Shown piece by piece: positions 57,484 to 64,000 of a DNA stretch of 64,000 nucleotides; position 1 is the first letter of the stretch; each line of letters opens with the position of its first letter. A program made the position numbers and the translations under genes. The stretch is from Clostridia bacterium (GTDB taxonomy: Bacteria; Bacillota; Clostridia; Oscillospirales; Acutalibacteraceae): NCBI GenBank assembly GCA_017517135.1, contig JAFXAK010000031.1, positions 84,782 to 148,781 of the forward strand, given 5' to 3'. The notes beneath the pieces were generated by a model that saw only the letters and a program-made list of their open reading frames with translations, was not told the origin of the DNA and did not search any database.

Positions 57484-59115
57484 TTAATTTATTTCACAGT
57501 ATTTTCCCACAAGAAAGGCTGTGCGGGGGATAAGCTGTTTGATGCCACAGGAGGTGATATTGTCAAGCTCAACCTGTACGGTGTTTGTATCGCTGTCGTT
57601 ACCTGCGATTTTGGGCATCATATACGATGTGTAGGAGATATTCCTGAAAACAACATTTTTGATTTCAAAATTTTCCGCATTCTCATCATAAATCTTTACA
57701 AGCATAGGTCTGCCTTCATCACGGAAAATCTCAATGTTTTCAAAGAGAACACCGTCTATGCTTCCCTCGCATTGCTCTGCAACAACCACAAGAGAGCCGA
57801 TTCTGTCATTGTTCCAGATACCGTCACGGTAAATAACGGCACAATCGCGGAAGGTTACATCGGAAATAGCCTTGTTGACTTCACCCGTTATACCGAAGCA
57901 TCTTGCATATCCGCCCCACGCGATACAGTCTGAGAATGTGATATTTCTGCTGTCCATTCTGCCGCCGAGTGCCTTTACCTCAAAGGTATCGTCTGCCACT
58001 CTTGCAAAGCAGTTTGTGACTGTCACATCATGGCTGTTACAAATTGCAAAGCCGTCACAGTTTCCGCGGTTACCGATAATATCCACCTTATCAATATTTA
58101 CATTGGTACAGCAATATGAAATAAACGACCATTCGGGAGAGTTTATGATTTTGATATCACTTATATCCACATTATTACAGTCTGTGAAAACCACACCGCG
58201 GCGCTCGCGTCTGTCAAGCTCGGTCATATCAATAACGCCTCTGCCGGTGAAAATAATATTATTGCAGTTATAGAAATTAATAAAGGGATATCTTGTAAGT
58301 CCTATCGAATTGTCTGAGGGGGCTGTAGGCTCAAAATATTTGTTTTCATCCTCTGCACAGTCTATATCGTAAAGGTGGTTTGCCTTGACATATGCACCCT
58401 CTCTGAGGTAAATTACCAGATTATTGTAGCCTACCAAATTTACATAATCGTATTCATACACGCCCTTATCAAGAACCCATACATTATCCTCGCCGTATTG
58501 CTCTATGTATGCCGCAATTTCTTTGTCCTCGTCAACCTTTTCGCGGACAAACAGAGTGTAACCGTAATACTGGTTGGCATCATTGAAAAGGAAGGTGTAT
58601 ATACCTGTTTTGTTGATTGACGCGGTTACGGTATTGTTTTCGCAAAGAGCCTTTACACCGTGTGATTCGGGAAGAACAACGGCATTTTTAAGCTCAACAT
58701 CAGCACCCGTTATCTCTATGTTGAATGAAAACTCCTCGTCGGCATCAACATATATTTCGGAAAATGAGTGCAAAGTACCCGTATCGTCAACACGGATAAA
58801 AACAACCGATGCGTAGACGGGAATTTCTGTTCCGCTGACCTTTGCCGTGTAGTAGGGAGAAACCGTGATACCGTTCATATCGTCATATCCGCCCGACTGA
58901 ACATACTCAGGTAACTCTGCCCACGCTCTGCCTACAAGCTCCTGCTCGGTAAGTCCCGCTTCCTCAAGAGTGATAATTGCCTCTTCGGGGTATGTAAGGA
59001 AAGAAAAATCAAAATTTTCACTTTCGGGAGAAATTACCGCAGGGCAAAACAGATTTGAATAAAAAACAGAAAGTGTGGTAATAACCGTAAAGAAAAATTT
59101 AACAATAACCTGCAT
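57484..59115 (-). CDS. Right-handed beta-helix glycoside hydrolase (GH28/pectinase-like)
   Basis: The repeated beta-helix rungs contain NCDGF, ADDTF and AWGGYARCFGI, which are GH28-like catalytic-region motifs. The ATG at 59115 follows GGAGGT, and an N-terminal hydrophobic signal is present. Confidence 0.75.
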   Translation of the reverse strand: MQVIVKFFFTVITTLSVFYSNLFCPAVISPESENFDFSFLTYPEEAIITLEEAGLTEQELVGRAWAELPEYVQSGGYDDMNGITVSPYYTAKVSGTEIPVYASVVFIRVDDTGTLHSFSEIYVDADEEFSFNIEITGADVELKNAVVLPESHGVKALCENNTVTASINKTGIYTFLFNDANQYYGYTLFVREKVDEDKEIAAYIEQYGEDNVWVLDKGVYEYDYVNLVGYNNLVIYLREGAYVKANHLYDIDCAEDENKYFEPTAPSDNSIGLTRYPFINFYNCNNIIFTGRGVIDMTELDRRERRGVVFTDCNNVDISDIKIINSPEWSFISYCCTNVNIDKVDIIGNRGNCDGFAICNSHDVTVTNCFARVADDTFEVKALGGRMDSRNITFSDCIAWGGYARCFGITGEVNKAISDVTFRDCAVIYRDGIWNNDRIGSLVVVAEQCEGSIDGVLFENIEIFRDEGRPMLVKIYDENAENFEIKNVVFRNISYTSYMMPKIAGNDSDTNTVQVELDNITSCGIKQLIPRTAFLVGKYCEIN

Positions 59116-59216
59116 TGAATATACCTCCGTTTCAAATGCTTTCATTGTTCAGCATATCATAAACAAAATATTTTCTCAAGTGTTCTGACAAAAGAATTTA
59201 TTTAATATTTAATATT

Positions 59217-59969
59217 TTATATTTTACCGGTACCTATAAAGCCGACATTATTAAAATCAGCCGGATTTGTTCTTATAATGTAGTCAATATATGAATCAAT
59301 AAGCTGTGCGGTGAGAATATAGCCCATAGGATTCATATGTCCGTAAAGAAAATATTTTTCTCTGAATTCGTCGTCATACACGGGACCGTATTCATATAAG
59401 TTTATAACATAAGAATTGTCAAAATGCTCTGCAAGTGCATACAATGCTTCAATTACGCCCTGAGTTAAATTCTTATCGGCTCTCTCCCCCTCATTCGGGA
59501 ATGTTACGAAAAAGAATTTTGCGTCGGGACTGATTTCCTTGTAGCGTCTTACTATCTCGGCATAGTAGCTTATAAAGGGACGCTCACCGTCAAACTGAGT
59601 TGCCGCTATATCCTCGGCTGTGCCTATTTCCATATGGAGATTATACACATCATTAACACCGAGAGCGATAACATAAGCCTGACAGGCTTTGGACTTATCA
59701 AACAAATTATTTTCATCGGCAAAGCTCTCAAGATACCATTTTGCTGTCATTCCGCCCCGAGAAAAATTATATGCCTTCAAGCCGTTTTTCCTTGCAATAA
59801 ACTGTCCCCAGGAGTAGTCATACAAATCGTGATAGCTACGCTCCCCGTTTTCATCAACAGCCTCAAACTCACCCGACGAAAGACTGTCCCCGATAAAAGC
59901 AATAGTTCTGAATATCGCGGTGTTACTGTAAGCACCAACTAAATTTTCCAAAGGCTTTTCCTTGAGCAT
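59217..59969 (-). CDS. SGNH/GDSL hydrolase (esterase)
   Basis: Block I is FIGDSLSSGE, block III is LGVNDV, and the C-terminal region contains GHMNP. A GGAGGG RBS is present. Confidence 0.85.
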   Translation of the reverse strand: MLKEKPLENLVGAYSNTAIFRTIAFIGDSLSSGEFEAVDENGERSYHDLYDYSWGQFIARKNGLKAYNFSRGGMTAKWYLESFADENNLFDKSKACQAYVIALGVNDVYNLHMEIGTAEDIAATQFDGERPFISYYAEIVRRYKEISPDAKFFFVTFPNEGERADKNLTQGVIEALYALAEHFDNSYVINLYEYGPVYDDEFREKYFLYGHMNPMGYILTAQLIDSYIDYIIRTNPADFNNVGFIGTGKI

Positions 59970-60141
59970 AAAAATCCCTCCTGCACTGTTTTATATAATT
60001 ATACTGCGGGCAAGAAAATATTGCAACAAAAATCCCCGACTGATTTTTAATAAGGGCTTGATGGTTATTCACTTATGCGAGTAATTCATTACGAATCAAT
60101 ATCAGACGGGGGACTGTAGTGTACTGTACAAAATATAAGCA

Positions 60142-60309
60142 TCAGGCATACTTTTTGAGGATATTCAAAATTATCTGCTGTGTTTCACCCGGTTCTAAAT
60201 CAATGTTAAGATCCCCCTCTGCCCAGCGCTCTGTTCTTTCTAAAAGAGTTTCAGCTGCCCATTCGTAGGGCTCATCTATACATGGAAGCATATTTCGGAA
60301 CTCGTTCAT
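60142..60309 (-). CDS. Small hypothetical ORF (55 aa), speculative
   Basis: My translation is MNEFRNMLPCIDEPYEWAAETLLERTERWAEGDLNIDLEPGETQQIILNILKKYA. Its ATG overlaps the stop of the upstream 21-codon ORF (ATGA). Confidence 0.35.
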   Translation of the reverse strand: MNEFRNMLPCIDEPYEWAAETLLERTERWAEGDLNIDLEPGETQQIILNILKKYA

Positions 60310-60371
60310 TCCGCCCCTAACAGGTTACACTCAAAGTCTGTGAGCTTCAGTTTGGTTTTCTTATTAAACAT
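60306..60371 (-). CDS. Micro-ORF (21 aa), speculative; possibly the 5' part of a frameshifted gene with 60142-60309
   Basis: AAGGAGG lies 7 nt upstream of the ATG at 60369-60371. The peptide is MFNKKTKLKLTDFECNLLGAE. Confidence 0.3.
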   Translation of the reverse strand: MFNKKTKLKLTDFECNLLGAE

Positions 60372-60377
60372 AAAAAT

Positions 60378-60417
60378 GACCTCCTTGTATTTGGTAATAC
60401 CATTTTACAAGGAGGTC
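60378..60417 (-). terminator. Perfect 12-bp hairpin after the helicase gene; its 3' arm contains the SD of the micro-ORF
   Basis: The arms are gacctccttgta (60378-60389) and tacaaggaggtc (60406-60417). On the minus RNA the hairpin is followed by AUUUUUAUGUUU. Confidence 0.55.
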
Positions 60418-60453
60418 TGTGTTTTGTCGAATGTGCGGATATTTTAATTTTTA

Positions 60454-63186
60454 CTATAAAGAACATAATTTTTTAATAATTGTTTCTTTTTCATTGCTAC
60501 CGTTTGTTGCAAATCTCAACAAAGGAATACCATATAGTTCTAATATTTTATCTTTCTTTTGGTCTCTGATGTTTTGCTCTGTTCCAAGCTTATGATAATG
60601 ATACCCATCAACCTCTATTGCAAGAACAGGCTTTTTACTGATACGATTATAAACAAGAAAATCTAAATGAGTGCCTTTATTCATGGCGTATCGGCAGAGT
60701 TCATCATCTAAAAGTTCAGGGTTTCTGATTAACATGTTTAATGGTTGGTGACTAATCACACCAAGATGGATAAACTCATCGTTCTTTAAAATATCGGTTA
60801 TAAGTTTATGCATCAAGTTTTCAGAATCAAACTCAGAAATCCTTTTTGAGTTTTTTAAATATTCTAATCGACTTTCTGTATATTCTTTATACAAGAAATC
60901 AAAAACAGAATAAATCTTACTTTCAACAACAGTAAAATTATTGTATTCGATATAAGAAATAAGATCTTTTATATTGCTTCCGTCTGCAATTTCATTACCT
61001 GTGACAACAAGAACTAATTGTTTTTTTGCTCTTGAAACAGCAACATTCAATAAATTAGGGTCGTCAACAAATTCGCCTATTTCATCGTCAACAGTTGTCA
61101 GTATGATACTATCTTTTTCTCTTCCCTGAAACTTATGTACGGTTGCAATATCAATTTCATCGTTATTGATTGATTTGGAAAGTGCATTTACTTGGTTGTT
61201 ATATGGTGCGATTATGCCTATTTCATCGTCTTGTACTGTAATTTTAGGCATTATATCTTTTATAACAATATCTATTTGTCTCTGACTGAAATGGTCACGA
61301 GCATGTTCACCTTTAACGGTTTTATAAACAGCTAATGTATCAGCTTCACCTTTATCTTCGGTCATTATAACAAGTTGTTCTCCATAAAACTTTTGGTTAC
61401 AAAAACCTATAATTTTCGGATGACATCTGTAATGCTCCCTCAACAAAGTTTGCGGCACATCTGAAATTAAATTGCATATTGATTCAAGAAAACTATTTTT
61501 AGAAAACCGATAGGCTTCATTTATATTATGATTATCGAATATAACATCTGTTCTTTTAGCAACATCCTCTGTAACAACATTAGGTAATTGTTTGCTGTCA
61601 CCAACAATTACAGCATTTTTAGCACAAGACAAAGCTAATGCACCGGTTGCCACATCAACCTGAGATGCTTCATCAATAATAACATAGTCGAACTTTGCAT
61701 TTTTACATACGCTGCTTCTTGAAGAAAATGTTGTACTTAAAACAACAGGATACTCTTTTATGAAATCCTGAGGTTTCTTCCATAAATCATCCAAAGTAAA
61801 AACTTCTCTACTTGCTTTTTTACCATACTTAGTAAACAATGTATATTTTAATAATTGCATGGATTTTGTATTCAAATCATTTGATGTTTGTGTGGCGTTA
61901 GTGGCTTGAAGATAGTTCTCAAGTTCAGAGATTTCGTGAATTAATTCTTTTTCTTTAATACTGTAATAGAAATCTTGTATTTCCGTAATCAATACAGATA
62001 TATCATTTTTGTAAACATCAAAATTTATTATTCCATACGCAAGGACACTTTTTAATTTAAAAAACCACGATAATTTTTTACCTGTTTCGCTAATTAATTG
62101 GATTTCATTCCAAAGGTTTAATACTTTTTTGGATGTAATGCTCTTTTTTAACTTTAATTTAGGTGATTCGTCCGTTGATTCAGTTTTATATATATCAAAG
62201 TATTTCTTTTCCAATTGCAAAGACTGTAGTTGTTGCTTTGCAATTGCAAGACGCTCTTGTTTTTGATATACTTCACCCAATCTTTGTGAAATATCCTTGA
62301 TAGTATTATTTGATTGAAGAATATCGATATTTTCTTCCCAAGTGGAAATATCAGGATATGTTGTGCTTTGTTTATTTATAAATTCTTCTTTGTTTTTTGT
62401 TGAACCTAATGATGCAACTATGAAACCCATATTATATTTGGGGCCGGACAGTTTTTCCAATACATTTGCCGTTGCAGAATTGTTATTTGAAACTACTTGA
62501 ATGGTTTTTCCGTTGATTAACAGATTCGCTATAATATTTAAGATAGTTTGTGTTTTACCTGTGCCGGGTGGACCTTGTATAACACTGATTTGATTTTCTA
62601 ATGCATTTTTTACAGCATTATATTGGCTTGAATTGCACCCAAAAGGGAATATGGGAGAGCTTGATGTTCTTTTAATGTTTTTATATTTATCAGGATTTAA
62701 ATATATAGCTAAAGGAGTATCATCACCAACGAAGTCTGATATTTTTTCATATTGTTTTGAAAGTAGATTTGTTCCATCGTCAGATTTTATACTTACAGAC
62801 TCTGCTGTTTGTCGCAAATAATTAAAAACACTTTGAGATTCTGCACTTGAAAGGCAGGATTTTACTATATGCAAATCACTCTCATTGTAATCTCGTTCGC
62901 TACCATTATTAAAACAAATATGCCAATATGCATTATAGTTATGTCTGAAAACATATATTGCAGAAATATCAAACAACTCTTTTCCGAGATGTTCAACTTT
63001 ATATAAAGACACATTAAGAACTTCGGGGTCTTTAAGGAAAACTACATTGTTGAAATTATAGTAGAATTGTTTTCCGTTATTGAATACAATATCGTATTTT
63101 CGAGTTTGCTCATTGTATTTACAAAACTTGATATCTGAAGTAACTATCTTCCCTTTTGCAATTACCATATTATTTCTTGTATTCAA
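60454..63186 (-). CDS. SF1 (Upf1/DNA2-like) helicase fused to a C-terminal DUF2726-type PD-(D/E)xK nuclease domain; candidate defence protein
   Basis: It has a TTG start after AAGGAGG. Walker A is GPPGTGKT (aa 205-212) and motif II is IIDEASQ (aa 503-509). Further helicase motifs are VGDSKQLPNVV, HYRCHP, VHKFQGREKDSIILTTV and LNVAVSRAKKQL. The C-terminus reads LDFLVYNRISKKPVLAIEVDGYHYH...RDQKKDKILELYGIPLLRF. Confidence 0.85.
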   Translation of the reverse strand: MNTRNNMVIAKGKIVTSDIKFCKYNEQTRKYDIVFNNGKQFYYNFNNVVFLKDPEVLNVSLYKVEHLGKELFDISAIYVFRHNYNAYWHICFNNGSERDYNESDLHIVKSCLSSAESQSVFNYLRQTAESVSIKSDDGTNLLSKQYEKISDFVGDDTPLAIYLNPDKYKNIKRTSSSPIFPFGCNSSQYNAVKNALENQISVIQGPPGTGKTQTILNIIANLLINGKTIQVVSNNNSATANVLEKLSGPKYNMGFIVASLGSTKNKEEFINKQSTTYPDISTWEENIDILQSNNTIKDISQRLGEVYQKQERLAIAKQQLQSLQLEKKYFDIYKTESTDESPKLKLKKSITSKKVLNLWNEIQLISETGKKLSWFFKLKSVLAYGIINFDVYKNDISVLITEIQDFYYSIKEKELIHEISELENYLQATNATQTSNDLNTKSMQLLKYTLFTKYGKKASREVFTLDDLWKKPQDFIKEYPVVLSTTFSSRSSVCKNAKFDYVIIDEASQVDVATGALALSCAKNAVIVGDSKQLPNVVTEDVAKRTDVIFDNHNINEAYRFSKNSFLESICNLISDVPQTLLREHYRCHPKIIGFCNQKFYGEQLVIMTEDKGEADTLAVYKTVKGEHARDHFSQRQIDIVIKDIMPKITVQDDEIGIIAPYNNQVNALSKSINNDEIDIATVHKFQGREKDSIILTTVDDEIGEFVDDPNLLNVAVSRAKKQLVLVVTGNEIADGSNIKDLISYIEYNNFTVVESKIYSVFDFLYKEYTESRLEYLKNSKRISEFDSENLMHKLITDILKNDEFIHLGVISHQPLNMLIRNPELLDDELCRYAMNKGTHLDFLVYNRISKKPVLAIEVDGYHYHKLGTEQNIRDQKKDKILELYGIPLLRFATNGSNEKETIIKKLCSL

Positions 63187-63217
63187 AATAACACCTCCTT
63201 ATAAATTTCTGATTTTT

Positions 63218-63247
63218 ATTATATCACATCATTATTCATTATATCAA
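63218..63247 (-). promoter_or_regulatory. Promoter of the helicase cassette
   Basis: On the minus strand, TTGATA (63242-63247) is separated by 18 nt from TATAAT (63218-63223), which is preceded by TGA. Confidence 0.45.
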
Positions 63248-63259
63248 CACCCATAAACG

Positions 63260-63296
63260 ACAAAAACTCCTCGCCGATTGCTCGATGAGGAGTTCA
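63260..63296 (-). terminator. Intrinsic terminator after the orphan gene fragment
   Basis: On the minus strand, AACTCCTC-loop-GAGGAGTT is followed by TTTTGTCGTTT. Confidence 0.6.
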
Positions 63297-63298
63297 TT

Positions 63299-63475
63299 TT
63301 AAATATAGAGTTTTACTTCAATATCTCGCCAGCCTCTTACACGCTTTGTCGGGGATATGGAATAGACATATTCCTGTGCATCCTCAATCGTGAGAGTGAA
63401 TTCAGCGAACTGAGTGAAGATTATTTCGTCAGCAACAAGGTTCTCGGGTACCCGTTGACCAAATCTTTGATTTGG
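63299..63475 (-). pseudogene. Orphan 3' gene fragment (58 codons, no start codon)
   Basis: The frame is open only from a TGA at 63476-63478. It reads PNQRFGQRVPENLVADEIIFTQFAEFTLTIEDAQEYVYSISPTKRVRGWRDIEVKLYI*, has its own terminator, and has no ATG/GTG/TTG with an RBS. Confidence 0.4.
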
Positions 63476-63483
63476 TCAACGGG
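63451..63483. repeat. Perfect 15-bp inverted repeat with 3-nt spacer at the recombinase/fragment junction
   Basis: The sequence is cccgttgaccaaatc ttt gatttggtcaacggg. Confidence 0.85.
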
Positions 63484-63503
63484 TGGGGTTCTTATTTCCT
63501 GCA

Positions 63504-64000
63504 TCAGCAATAGCTGCCTGTGTCGCAATTCTGCTTGGTTGGCAGTTTACCGCCAACCACAGAAACAGAACTGTTTTTTCTTCTTTTGCCCTCGGTTTTC
63601 ATGTGAAGAGGGTCATTTGGGTCTCCGTCAAAGCGGAGATACCAGTCGAAGCCGTCCCTCTTTGCCACAATCTTCACAACAAAGGCCTCAATCACACTTT
63701 CGGGGATGTCTTTTTCATCAGCATTTGTGTACTGCTCGAGAGCATATTGAAGCACCGTCAGCTTGTCCTTGTAGTCTGTAATTACAGGCTCTTTGTTAAG
63801 CTTAGACTGAAGCTCTTCGATTTCGGCAGACAGCTTTGCAATCTCTTCTTTAACCTCGGCAGTTTTCTTTGTATAAGATTCTTTATCAATTTCACCCTCT
63901 GCCCTCATATCAATAAAATTGCTGAGCTTCGTTCTGTACCTTTCAACCTCTCTGCATTTTTTCTCAATGATAGCCTCATAATCCACATCATCCTCTTTAT
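63504..64000 (-). CDS. Large serine recombinase, C-terminal part (5' end beyond window)
   Basis: The coiled coil reads KTAEVKEEIAKLSAEIEELQSKL. A DUF4368-like segment, IPESVIEAFVVKIVAKRDGFDWYLRF, follows; both are typical of clostridial TnpX/TndX-like recombinases. The reading frame stays open to position 64000. Confidence 0.75.
   Translation of the reverse strand, partial: KEDDVDYEAIIEKKCREVERYRTKLSNFIDMRAEGEIDKESYTKKTAEVKEEIAKLSAEIEELQSKLNKEPVITDYKDKLTVLQYALEQYTNADEKDIPESVIEAFVVKIVAKRDGFDWYLRFDGDPNDPLHMKTEGKRRKNSSVSVVGGKLPTKQNCDTGSYC

Noticed and set aside
63278-63781. A 167-aa plus-strand ORF.
   Set aside because: It is antisense to the serine recombinase 3' end and to the orphan fragment, spans a terminator and the palindrome, has no RBS, and has Cys/Ser/Arg-rich composition.

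Overview
This is a low-GC Gram-positive (Clostridia-type) chromosomal segment. It is probably from a Ruminococcus-like fibre degrader, given one dockerin-bearing enzyme, GH51/GH29/GH28/GH13 genes, and AGGAGG-type RBSs with TTGACA/TATAAT promoters; that attribution is a guess. Layout: (1) 1-5476, the S10 ribosomal-protein operon on the minus strand (rpsJ to rpsQ, cut at the window edge), with a long structured leader. (2) 8150-11115, the origin-type cluster rpmH-rnpA-yidD-yidC-jag on the plus strand; rpmH is under 60 aa and missing from the ORF track. No dnaA and no DnaA-box cluster is present. (3) 11.2-26 kb, housekeeping and accessory genes: an ECF sigma/anti-sigma pair, a secreted lipase fused upstream of glyQS, hflX, ttcA-like, apgM, an FGGY kinase and a GH51 arabinofuranosidase. 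(4) 26.1-31.2 kb, a visibly AT-rich island bounded by terminators. It carries an AgrC/AgrA-type (HPK10/LytTR) two-component pair, a LytTR-style direct-repeat promoter, and three unrecognisable membrane or secreted proteins, with no peptide-pheromone or export genes. This is my top candidate for an undescribed system. (5) 31.2-49.7 kb, a glycan-utilisation locus: a GH29 fucosidase and a GHL6-like protein next to an aldose dehydrogenase-like gene, a Zn-ADH, UxaB, UxaA and a lactonase-type amidohydrolase, then GH13, a GPH symporter and an M20 peptidase. (6) 49.8-60 kb: Fic, a 695-aa unknown protein with upstream palindromic operators, lipoproteins with T/E-rich linkers, a dockerin-CE4 enzyme, GH28 and SGNH. 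(7) 60.4-63.2 kb, an AT-rich single-gene cassette encoding an SF1 helicase with a C-terminal DUF2726-type nuclease; this is a candidate defence gene. It sits next to an orphan 3' gene fragment, a perfect 15-bp palindrome, and the 3' end of a large serine recombinase that runs off the window, which looks like a mobile-element junction. I saw no rRNA, tRNA or CRISPR. All family assignments come from motif recognition by eye; no searches were run.
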